From a virus (lineage: Duplodnaviria > Caudoviricetes): a stretch of 25,285 nucleotides of DNA. The position numbers were made by a program, and so were the translations under genes. Positions within the stretch are counted from its first letter, which is position 1; each line of letters opens with the position of its first letter. The stretch covers positions 1-25,285 of IMG/VR virus record IMGVR_UViG_3300020411_002201; one strand, written 5' to 3'. Below are positions 1-8,400 of this stretch, one piece after another. The notes beneath the pieces are model-generated. The model made no database searches, was not told where the DNA came from, and was given only the letters and a program-made list of their open reading frames with translations.

Positions 1-74
1 GTATAGTTGATAAGATTGCAGAGAAAGTAGAGACTGAAGTCCTTCCACTAGTACAAAAGATACCGAGATTTTAA
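1..74 (+). CDS. 3' end of an upstream hypothetical protein (partial)
   Basis: Open frame from nt 3 reads IVDKIAEKVETEVLPLVQKIPRF, with TAA at 72-74 abutting the next ATG at 75. Confidence 0.6.
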   Translation, partial: IVDKIAEKVETEVLPLVQKIPRF

Positions 75-605
75 ATGAACGTTTATGATGATTTCCTTCC
101 ACAGAAGGATGCAGGTGCTATACATTCTTATATAATGGGAAGTCATTTTCCCTGGTTCTATTCATCAGAAGATCCATCATGTAAGTATGAGCATGTTTTT
201 TATTCTGCTAAGGGTGAGAACCCAGAACCAAATGAAGAAATTGCTGCTGGTACATGTTTGATATTAGATCCTTTGATGGCTGCATTAAAAGTTTCTAAAC
301 CATTTGTTGTTAAAGCAATCTCTATTGCAAATACAGATAGTATAATACAGCAAGAGTATACTACTAGTACAAGAAAGACTGCAATTTATTATGTTAATAC
401 TAATGATGGAATACTTGAAATTGCAGATAGTAATACCTCATATTCACCAGAGAATATAAAGATTGAGAGTCTTGCTAATTCTATTGCAGTATTAGATAAA
501 GGAATTAAGTACAGAGGATCTACTTGTACTGACAAAGGAAGAAGAGTTTTTATACGTATTGAGTATGAAGAACAAGCATATAAAATGATAAGAGTCGATA
601 AATAA
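75..605 (+). CDS. 2OG-Fe(II) oxygenase-family protein (cyanophage type) with apparently degenerate metal ligands
   Basis: Family motifs DDFLP..FPWFY, KTAIYYVNTNDG, KIES.AN and GSTCTD..RRV are present; the expected HxD and distal His are absent. Confidence 0.7.
   Translation: MNVYDDFLPQKDAGAIHSYIMGSHFPWFYSSEDPSCKYEHVFYSAKGENPEPNEEIAAGTCLILDPLMAALKVSKPFVVKAISIANTDSIIQQEYTTSTRKTAIYYVNTNDGILEIADSNTSYSPENIKIESLANSIAVLDKGIKYRGSTCTDKGRRVFIRIEYEEQAYKMIRVDK
597..604 (+). promoter_or_regulatory. T4-type late promoter motif GATAAATA
   Basis: Matches NATAAATA and overlaps the ORF end, but a hairpin follows shortly after, so function is uncertain. Confidence 0.3.
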
Positions 606-631
606 CTGTTACGCAATGCTTAAATCATTAT

Positions 632-656
632 AAAAAAACCCCCTTTATGGGGGTTT
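632..656. terminator. Intrinsic terminator-like hairpin, possibly bidirectional
   Basis: AAACCCCC-TTTAT-GGGGGTTT stem-loop with an A-run on the left, intergenic. Confidence 0.7.
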
Positions 657-694
657 CCTAATATAAAATAGTATGTAGAATTCAACACAATCCA

Positions 695-898
695 ATGTCA
701 GGTGATAATCTTCATGGTACTCAACCGTCTAAGTACTATACCAAATACGGAAAAGAAACATTAAACAAATATTGTGAAGCATCCGTTGCAATGGATGAGA
801 TTAAAGAGTCTAGGTGGATCGATACAAATTATATCCTAGAGATTGAAACTATGTTTGTTAACGCACGGTACAGGACAGGTAGTCCCATGCAGGAATAA
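695..898 (+). CDS. Hypothetical phage protein, 67 aa
   Basis: ORF fills the gap between two hairpins; no recognisable domain. Confidence 0.6.
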   Translation: MSGDNLHGTQPSKYYTKYGKETLNKYCEASVAMDEIKESRWIDTNYILEIETMFVNARYRTGSPMQE

Positions 899-946
899 AG
901 AGGGGGGGGTCATATATTATTCAACTTTTTATTCCCATATAAGCGC

Positions 947-988
947 AAAAAAAACTCGGCACATTTTTTCGTGTGTAGGGTTTTTTTT
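947..988. terminator. Bidirectional terminator between convergent units
   Basis: A8-CTCGGCAC..GTGTGTAGGG-T8 imperfect stem with an A tract and a T tract on either side, at the gp53 stop codon. Confidence 0.7.
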
Positions 989-1892
989 AATATGAGGCAG
1001 TTGCTGCATCACCACCATCAAATGTTTGAGTTCTAGTTGTAGTGGTGGTTGTAGTTGTAGTTGTAGTGCTAGAACTGGTTGTTGTAGTCTCAGTAGTACT
1101 TGTTGAAGTCGTAGTAGTTGATTCGTCACCAATTTTTATGGTTGAACTTCCAGGACCGTTATCATAAGATACTATAGTACCAAGTTGACTTAAGGATATT
1201 GTTTCTGAACCAGAAACGTATCCTTTTGTATTTAAGAATCTTTGTGCAACACTTAATGGTGTAAATTTATCATTTTCGTCATTTAATTCTCTATGATCTT
1301 CATAAGCAAGTAATTCGTCAATTTCACTTTCTATTTTATTAATTAGACCCTGAGTAGGAATTCTAATAAATCGTTTTTTATCATTTAAATGAGATTCGTG
1401 TTCATAGTTACTTACTGGATATATTGATTGTTCTTTGGTTCTTGTTGTTCCATCAGGCATTACTGCTCTGAAAGTTTCGTTAACTTCGTGACCTTTTTCA
1501 ATAACTGTAATATCTTCAAATCCTGCTTGTTCCCATATTGCTTCACGTGTTTCCCAATGGTGTAAATCATCTGGATCGTTATCATATTTTTCATTTACAT
1601 AATTTTGTAGATCGGATTCTCTTCTAGGCCATTGCTCGTAAATATCAGTTATATTGTTTACTAGAAGAATTAACCAGTCCATATAAGCACTACCACATAC
1701 CGCTTCTGCAACTTGTTCTGGTCTTATACCATCAGGTAATGTTTTTAACTCAAATTGAGTTACATATTTGTCTATATCTTCTCTTATTATAACTCTTCTG
1801 AAGATATTTTTAACAAGGTCGTGTGTAAAGGCATCATCATCGGTGATACCTTTTCCAACATATACATTTGGTAGGTGAGAAAAATAAGACAT
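987..1892 (-). CDS. gp53: Baseplate wedge protein, T4 gp53-like, with Thr-rich C-terminal tail
   Basis: MSYFSHLPN..KNIFRR, LysM-like RPEQVAEAVCGS..DW.ILLVNNI, WP, HHWET, SNYEHE..LND.KR.I; adjacent to gp48. Confidence 0.9.
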   Translation of the reverse strand: MSYFSHLPNVYVGKGITDDDAFTHDLVKNIFRRVIIREDIDKYVTQFELKTLPDGIRPEQVAEAVCGSAYMDWLILLVNNITDIYEQWPRRESDLQNYVNEKYDNDPDDLHHWETREAIWEQAGFEDITVIEKGHEVNETFRAVMPDGTTRTKEQSIYPVSNYEHESHLNDKKRFIRIPTQGLINKIESEIDELLAYEDHRELNDENDKFTPLSVAQRFLNTKGYVSGSETISLSQLGTIVSYDNGPGSSTIKIGDESTTTTSTSTTETTTTSSSTTTTTTTTTTTRTQTFDGGDAATASY

Positions 1893-3028
1893 TAGTATCC
1901 CTGTGTGCAGTTGTCTGCTGTAAGAAGTGTTACTTCTGTAAATGATAGGTTCATAATAACTGCTGGTACGCTTAATGACCTGACCGTAGGATCATTAGAA
2001 TCATCAGCTGCAACTCTCTTTAGTGCATTATATTGATTGTCTGGAGTATAGTTGAGAGTAATACCACTGCAGACTGAAGGCATTATTTTAAAATGTAGAT
2101 TCGGTGTTATATGTGGTACTGAATTTATTGATTGATCTGCAGCTAAACGTACAAAATCGATTTCAAACTTATTTGGAATAGAGAAGAATCTTCGTTCCTC
2201 TGCTGCACTTTTTATAGCAGCATTCTGACCTGAACCTAATATATCATCTCCAACGAGTTTGTTCCATGAAGTTAGTTTTTTATTAAAGTTATCGTTAACA
2301 CTATCATCATCTCCTTGATCAGCATATCTCTGCGGATTAGAAGATGAAGCATATGGCATTCCAGATAATATATCCCCTCTTTGATATCTTGGATGAGCAC
2401 CTGCTTTAAAATAATGTATAATTTCTTCTATTGTTTGTGCTTCTTGAGGATCTCTAGCAAACATTTTGAAACTAAAGTTATGCTGACGGAAATTCATATT
2501 ATTGAATATTTGTTCCGTATAGGGGTTAAATATTCTTCCCCTTGTCATTGCTTCTAGAGATTGCTTATCAACACTACCTTGTAATCCCATCATACCACCA
2601 ATACTGTTAACTGCTGTTGTTAAAGTATTTGCCATGAATTCTGGAGCAGATGCCCTTGCAGCAGCTTGAAGGACATTGGTTAATTCATTCATGTCATCAA
2701 AACCTTTAGTACCACCTACTGCTCCTAGTGCTACACCACCAACCCCAAGATCTACTTGTCTGTAATTAGCAGAGTATTGGGTAGTTATTTGCGGAGGCAT
2801 TGCCATATAGATGGCAGCAGGTGAAGTACAATATTGTTTTTCAGCTGCTGAGTAATTATATAATGAGTTAGCCTCCATTTGCTTACTATCATCAAATTTC
2901 ATCCTATATTGTTTAAATCTTACATAGTCTACAACCTCTGTTCCACCCCATAAATCAGGATTTCTTGAATCTGATGGGACAGGAGGTCTTAATGGGTAAG
3001 TATAACAAGTACCATTTAGTGCAGACAT
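1892..3028 (-). CDS. gp48: Baseplate tail-tube cap, T4 gp48-like
   Basis: IYMAMP..I...Y, NPYTEQIF..M.FRQHNFSFKMFARD.QEA..I..II.YFK, P.KF.I.F, V.SGITLNYTP, L.F.EV. Confidence 0.9.
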   Translation of the reverse strand: MSALNGTCYTYPLRPPVPSDSRNPDLWGGTEVVDYVRFKQYRMKFDDSKQMEANSLYNYSAAEKQYCTSPAAIYMAMPPQITTQYSANYRQVDLGVGGVALGAVGGTKGFDDMNELTNVLQAAARASAPEFMANTLTTAVNSIGGMMGLQGSVDKQSLEAMTRGRIFNPYTEQIFNNMNFRQHNFSFKMFARDPQEAQTIEEIIHYFKAGAHPRYQRGDILSGMPYASSSNPQRYADQGDDDSVNDNFNKKLTSWNKLVGDDILGSGQNAAIKSAAEERRFFSIPNKFEIDFVRLAADQSINSVPHITPNLHFKIMPSVCSGITLNYTPDNQYNALKRVAADDSNDPTVRSLSVPAVIMNLSFTEVTLLTADNCTQGY

Positions 3029-3040
3029 GCGTTTACTAGG

Positions 3041-3047
3041 CTAAATA
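3041..3047 (+). promoter_or_regulatory. Late promoter motif CTAAATA upstream of gp4
   Basis: TAAATA core about 25 nt before the ATG at 3072. Confidence 0.55.
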
Positions 3048-3066
3048 TTATAGTGATCATATATTT

Positions 3067-3074
3067 TATTTATG
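3067..3074 (-). promoter_or_regulatory. Late promoter motif CATAAATA (minus strand) upstream of gp48
   Basis: TATTTATG on the plus strand; lies about 40 nt upstream of the gp48 start and overlaps the gp4 ATG. Confidence 0.55.
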
Positions 3075-3509
3075 CGGTCTAAACGATATAAACAGGGTCG
3101 TTATAAATTAACAAGACCTTCTAAGTATAGAGGTGACCCAAATAATGTATGGTATAGGTCATCTTGGGAACTTAAATTCATGATATTTTGTGAGATGACT
3201 CCCTCTGTAACTGAATGGGGTAGTGAGGAAATAAAAATTCCTTATGTTAAACCATCTGACGGAAGAGTTCATCGTTATGTACCTGATTTCTATATGAAAA
3301 TGGGTAATGATAAGTATATTATCGAAGTTAAACCCGAAAGGGAAACAAAAGAACCTGTAATGAGAAAGTCTGCAAGGGGTAAAAGAACTTATATTACTGA
3401 AGTTCTTACCTATGCTATTAATAAAGCAAAGTGGCATGCAGCAGATGAATTTTGTAAAGATAGGGGATTGATTTTTAAAATAATTACCGAAAGGGAGTTA
3501 AAAGTCTAA
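3072..3509 (+). CDS. gp4: Head completion nuclease, T4 gp4-like (TnsA-like PD-(D/E)xK fold)
   Basis: KYRGDP..V.YRSSWE.KFM..C, WGSEE..IPY, HRY.PDF, IEVKP, N.AKW.AA..FC, F.IITE.EL. Confidence 0.95.
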   Translation: MRSKRYKQGRYKLTRPSKYRGDPNNVWYRSSWELKFMIFCEMTPSVTEWGSEEIKIPYVKPSDGRVHRYVPDFYMKMGNDKYIIEVKPERETKEPVMRKSARGKRTYITEVLTYAINKAKWHAADEFCKDRGLIFKIITERELKV

Positions 3510-4546
3510 TGTTTGGATTAATATTCGCAGCAACAGCGATTGGAGCTCTAGTTCATGCTGCCTTCGGTGGAGGTAGTAGTAGCAATAGTGGTAGCACCTC
3601 TGGTGGTAGTAATTCTAGTGTTGCAACTAGTGGTAATACAACAGGGCAAGACCAAGCTTCATGGGATGGGAAAGCATATACTGTCCCACTGGCTAGCGAA
3701 GCTCAGTATCCAAGAATAAACGAATTTGTTTCTTTCTCCCTTAAAAATCAAGATTATAGTCCTTCTTATACAAATCTCTGGTCTTTTCATATAGCAACAC
3801 CACCCATATTAAAGAATGTTATCGGGTTCAATCATGCTCTTGGGAACAGTAGTGACTTTAATCAGACTGTTGGACAACCTGGAGGAAACTTTGTTGCTGA
3901 ATTGGGTAATCTTAGAAGTGCTTTAAATTATTATTGCCAAACAGTAAATCTTCCTAGTAGACAAGCGACAACTGGTGGTTTGGTTAATATTGGTGCTGCT
4001 CAAAAATATGCTACAGGACAAGCATTTAGTCAAATAAGTGCAACCTTTATGATACCTAGAAATCAACATACAAGAAATTTCTTTGAACGATGGTTGCAAT
4101 TAATGGCTCCAGATGCAAATCAATATACTGAATATTATAATTTTTATGTTTCTCCTAGAATATCGATTTATAAGTGGGAAAGAAGAGCAGGAGCAGATTT
4201 ACCAGCAGGATTTGCTGATCATGTAAGTAGTGGTGGATCTACAAATACTAATATACCTGCAAGTAAATTGTATGCTTTAACTGGAAAGTGGGAATTGTGG
4301 AATGCGTTCCCATATAATATTGGTGGTATACAATTAAATAATGATCGTGCAAGAGCTATGACATTGACTGTTGGGTTTTATTTTGAGAGATATAGATTCT
4401 TCCCTGCAGATGTTAAGGTAGTAGATGAAGTTGGACCTAGAAATGATATTACAATTCCTAGAGATAATGTTATTGAAGGTGTAAGAGATGCATCGCAACT
4501 TCAAGTACATATTGCACGTACAGTACAACAATTACTAGTCACTTAG
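3509..4546 (+). CDS. Baseplate/tail-tube initiator, gp54/gp19-like tube fold
   Basis: CQTVNLPSRQ, ISATF, R.FFERW, I.IYK.E, WELWNAFPYNIGGIQL, LTVGF.FERY; located between gp4 and gp26. Confidence 0.7.
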   Translation: MFGLIFAATAIGALVHAAFGGGSSSNSGSTSGGSNSSVATSGNTTGQDQASWDGKAYTVPLASEAQYPRINEFVSFSLKNQDYSPSYTNLWSFHIATPPILKNVIGFNHALGNSSDFNQTVGQPGGNFVAELGNLRSALNYYCQTVNLPSRQATTGGLVNIGAAQKYATGQAFSQISATFMIPRNQHTRNFFERWLQLMAPDANQYTEYYNFYVSPRISIYKWERRAGADLPAGFADHVSSGGSTNTNIPASKLYALTGKWELWNAFPYNIGGIQLNNDRARAMTLTVGFYFERYRFFPADVKVVDEVGPRNDITIPRDNVIEGVRDASQLQVHIARTVQQLLVT

Positions 4547-4549
4547 CCT

Positions 4550-4557
4550 CATAAATA
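4550..4557 (+). promoter_or_regulatory. Late promoter motif CATAAATA upstream of gp26
   Basis: NATAAATA in the intergenic gap, 22 nt before the ATG at 4580. Confidence 0.65.
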
Positions 4558-4579
4558 TAATTACTGAATTGAATTCTAT

Positions 4580-5290
4580 ATGGCATTACCAAAGCTGAAT
4601 GTACCTAAGTACAAATTGAAACTGCCTTCTGATGGCAGAACTGTGAATTACAGACCATTCTTAGTTAAAGAAGAGAAGTTGTTACTATTAGCAACTGAAA
4701 CAGGGGATCAAGCCGATATCATTAGAGCGATTAAGACTATCATTACTGAATGTACTGATATTCATGATATTGATGATCTTCCTACCTTTGACATTGAATT
4801 TGTTTTTCTTCAGATTCGTACAAAATCTGTTGGTGAAGCTGTTGATGTGTCTGTTGTTTGTCCTGATGACAATGAAACTCAAGTTGAGGTTAAAATACCT
4901 TTAAATGAGATAAAAGTTATCAAGACAAAGGGGCATAAAACAGATCTAAAACTTAGTGATCAGATTATTCTAACTATGGGATATCCTAGTTTGGATAATT
5001 TTGTTAAGATGAATTTCTTAGGTGAAGAACCTGGAGTTGATCAAATCTTTAAGATGGCTGCCTCATGTGTAAGGCAAATCTCTGATTCTGAAGAAGTATA
5101 CGAAGCTTCTGATAGTACTGAAGAAGAGTTAGTTGAGTTTTTTGATCAATTAAGCAGTAAGCAGTTTTTGATGATTCAAAATTTCTTTGAAACCATGCCT
5201 AAACTATCACATACTGTTAAGGTTACTAATCCAAAGACTCAGGTCGAAAGTGACGTAGTACTTGAGGGTCTAGCTAGTTTTTTCGGATAG
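4580..5290 (+). CDS. gp26: Baseplate hub assembly chaperone, gp26-like
   Basis: MALPKLNVPKY.L.LPS, YRPFLVKEEKLLL, FDIE..FLQIR.KSVGE, FFETMPKLSH, LEGLASFF. Confidence 0.92.
   Translation: MALPKLNVPKYKLKLPSDGRTVNYRPFLVKEEKLLLLATETGDQADIIRAIKTIITECTDIHDIDDLPTFDIEFVFLQIRTKSVGEAVDVSVVCPDDNETQVEVKIPLNEIKVIKTKGHKTDLKLSDQIILTMGYPSLDNFVKMNFLGEEPGVDQIFKMAASCVRQISDSEEVYEASDSTEEELVEFFDQLSSKQFLMIQNFFETMPKLSHTVKVTNPKTQVESDVVLEGLASFFG
5278..5284 (+). other. Candidate -1 ribosomal frameshift heptamer T TTT TTC
   Basis: X XXY YYZ pattern in the gp26 frame; the -1 frame opens exactly at 5278 and stays open to TAA at 5494-5496. Confidence 0.7.
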
Positions 5291-5340
5291 CTCTTCTCCA
5301 TACAAGTCTCCAAACTTATTATGAAGTAAATTTCTCCTTA

Positions 5341-5496
5341 ATGCACCATCATAAATGGCCAATTGAAACAGTTGATAATATGATGCCCTGGGAGAAAGAA
5401 GTTTATATGAATCTTCTAGTCGGATTCCTCAAGGAAGAAGAGAGAAGAATGAAGGCACAACAAGCAACAGAGAAGAGACAATACGGTGGCCACTAA
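5341..5496 (+). CDS. gp51: Baseplate hub assembly catalyst, gp51-like (not in ORF track; coding frame probably extends back to 5278 via frameshift)
   Basis: MHHHKWPIETVDNMMPWEKEVYMNLLVGFLKEEERR matches the cyanophage gp51 motif HKy..E.ENM.PWE..IY..LL. Confidence 0.85.
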   Translation: MHHHKWPIETVDNMMPWEKEVYMNLLVGFLKEEERRMKAQQATEKRQYGGH

Positions 5497-8400
5497 GATC
5501 GCACCCTATAAATTAGTCAATATAACTGGAGCATCTGGTAAGGTGACTCCTGCGGTTCGTGCTGCTAGAAAGGGGATATATGCTAAAAATAGATTAGGAC
5601 TTACTGTAAGCACTCTTGGGGGATTAACTGGTTCCTTAAGAGATATTGCTATATCTAATGTTAAAATTGATGTATTAGAAAAAAGATTAGCACGTAGGAG
5701 AGATCAGAAAGAGAGGGATCAAGAGGCAGAAGATTTTGCAGAAATGCAAAAACTGAGTTCTGATAAGAAGGGAAAAGCAAGAAAACCGTCTAAGAAGGAG
5801 AAAAATTCATTTGGTAAGATATTTGGATGGATGGGACAACTCTGGGGTCCTATTGCTAAGTTTATAATACAACTTCTTAGTTTTTATGTTATAAAAGACC
5901 TAATAAAATGGGTTGGAGATCCAGAAAATAGGGAGAAATTACAAGTATTTGTAGAAAAATTTGTATTTGTTGTACAGAAATTATTTGATTTTGCCAAGTG
6001 GATAATTGGTGATAATATACTGGATGGGTTAACAGGTCTTATTAGTGGTAAGGATGCAGATGGTAATCCTATAGGATTCATAGGACAAGTTAAGAATTTA
6101 GGTAAGCTTTTATTTGGTTTTATTAGTTTACGATACTTACTCAATCCTTTTGCACTAATTGGTGATATTATAGGTCTGTTAGACTTTATAATGAATTGGA
6201 GGGTTCCTGATTTTGGACTTGGTAGACAGAAAGGACCAAATAGAATAAGGGGACCAAAAGGAAAGAATAAGATAAAATTTAAGAAGAAAAAGAATAAGTG
6301 GTGGGAGTTCTTTAAGAAGAAAAAGAATTCACTTACAAGAGCTACAGACTCTTATAGAAGATTTATTAAAGGTACTTCTAATTTTGGAGATAGATTAAGA
6401 TTACTCCGTAGAGGTCAAATAGGTTTAAGGGGATTATTTAGGAAGGGTGCAAGGGGTGAAGATCTTGTAAAGGCTAAGCAGTGGCAAATTCCAAAAGGAA
6501 TTCGTGAGTTTCCAGGTAAAGCAAAAGATTGGTTTGGGGCAAAAACAAAACCAGTTATTCAAGGACTTAGAAATAAGATTGATAATTTAAAATTAGGGGA
6601 AAAATTAAAGAGTCTTCCTGGAGATCTTAAAAAAGGTTGGGGTAAGACATGGAAGAATATTAAAGGTATTAAAGATGCCAAATGGGTAAAGGGTGCTCAA
6701 GAACTTGGAATGGAGATTGGGTCAAAAGCCAACAAAATGTTCAAGGGTGCAAAGAATTGGACTGGTAAAGCTGCTGGAGCATTTGGTGGTTGGGCTAAAA
6801 GGAATTTAAAGCGTATATGGAATCTTCCTGGTAATATTGAAAAGGGTTTAAAGAATAAAGTATTTGGTCCAATTTATAACAAATATATTAAACCTGTAAT
6901 TGGTGCAGTTTCTAGTGCTGGTAATAGGTTATTAGGAGCACTTAATAATGTTCCTTGGATCGGTAAGATGACCGAGGCATTAAGAAAGAGAGGTATAACT
7001 TGGGGATCATTTGGAAAATTTACTGGAAGATGGGGTAGAAGATTAAATGCTGCATTACCTTTTATTGGTGGTTTAGGTAATTTCTATTTCAGTAAGGTAG
7101 CATTTGAGAGTGGTGATAATATAGGTGGAGTTTTAGAAGGATTAGCAGGTGCGTTAACTATTGGTGGTGGTATTAGTACTGCAACTGGAGTTGGTGCTAC
7201 TTGGGGTGGTCCAATGATAGCACTTGGAACTGCTCTTGATGCATATCTACTTGCTAGAATTCTTCCTGGAATTGGTCCAGCTATTCTACAGTGGGAAGAG
7301 GATGGAGGTCTTTTACAGATTATACCTGGTCTAACAAGTATAGTAGATGGTCTTACTGGTGCGATTGGTCCCACTGCTAAGGATAAGTCTAAAGAAGTTG
7401 ATAAAATACTTTCTGGAAAGGATGAGGATAAGAAAGGTAGTAGTAGTGGTATATTAGGAACCATCAGTAGTAATACTGAGGATATGGTTAATGCTGATAA
7501 AGAGATTAAGAAAGCAGAGAAAGAGAAGAAAAAACCGTGGTGGAAATTCTGGGGTGGTGATAAAAAGGTTGAATCTACAACTACTGCAATTACTAAGAAA
7601 GAAGAAACGAAACAAGAAGTTGAGAAGAAGAAACCGTGGTGGAAATTCTGGGGTGGTAAGAAGGAAGTGGGTGGCTCGTTGTCATCCACGTATAAAGGTC
7701 AGACTATTAGTGGATATGGTAAGATTGAGCTGCACTTCTTTAAGGGTTTCATTGATCTTATTAAAAAACCTTTTGAGTGGGTTGCTGATGGAGTTTCGAC
7801 AGTTGCTGGATGGATTGGTGATGCTATAGAAGGTGTTGGTAATCTTGCCAGTGATATAATGAATAGTGAATTAGGTCAGATATTATCAATAGCATTACCT
7901 ATTATATTCCCACAATATAAATGGATTGAAACTTTAATCACTGGAATGAGGGCTTTCAGTGCATTATCAAATGGTAATCCTATAGCAGCAGTAATATCTC
8001 TTTGGAATACTGGTGCTAATATATTTCCTGAAACATTTGGGAATATTAGTGATAAAGTTGGTACATGGTTTGATAATAATATTGGATCTAAATTTAGTGG
8101 TATATGGGAAAAAGGAAAGGCTCTCTATGATGGGTTCATGGATACTAAAGTTGGTAAAATATCTTCTGCTTTAATTCAAGGAAATTGGGGAGGTGCTTTA
8201 GGTGCTGCAATTGAAGGTACTGGTTTTGAGCAAGGTCTTGCAGCATTTGGAGCACAGATAGATGCTGCTGGATTAAGTGGAGTTCTTGGTATGTCACCAG
8301 GAATTACTTCCGCAATAGCAAATATTCCTGGATTGGATCAACTTCCTGGAGTTAACTCTTTGGTCAGTGGTGGTTTTAGTCCTGCTGCATTTGTATCTGG

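Noticed and set aside
929-1132. 67-aa minus-strand ORF rich in LQLQ
   Set aside because: Alternate-frame shadow of the gp53 Thr-rich tail that runs through the terminator
3072-3509. TnsA-like nuclease as a transposon or homing endonuclease
   Set aside because: Motifs and synteny match the core T4-like gp4; no mobile-element ends seen
7523-7657. 36-nt repeats as a mini-CRISPR array
   Set aside because: Only two copies, in frame, with a 63-nt spacer, a synonymous mismatch and no cas genes
7084-7829. 201-aa antisense ORF and 112-aa alternate-frame basic ORF
   Set aside because: Shadows of the tape-measure-like gene; their repeats only mirror the KKPWWKFW duplication
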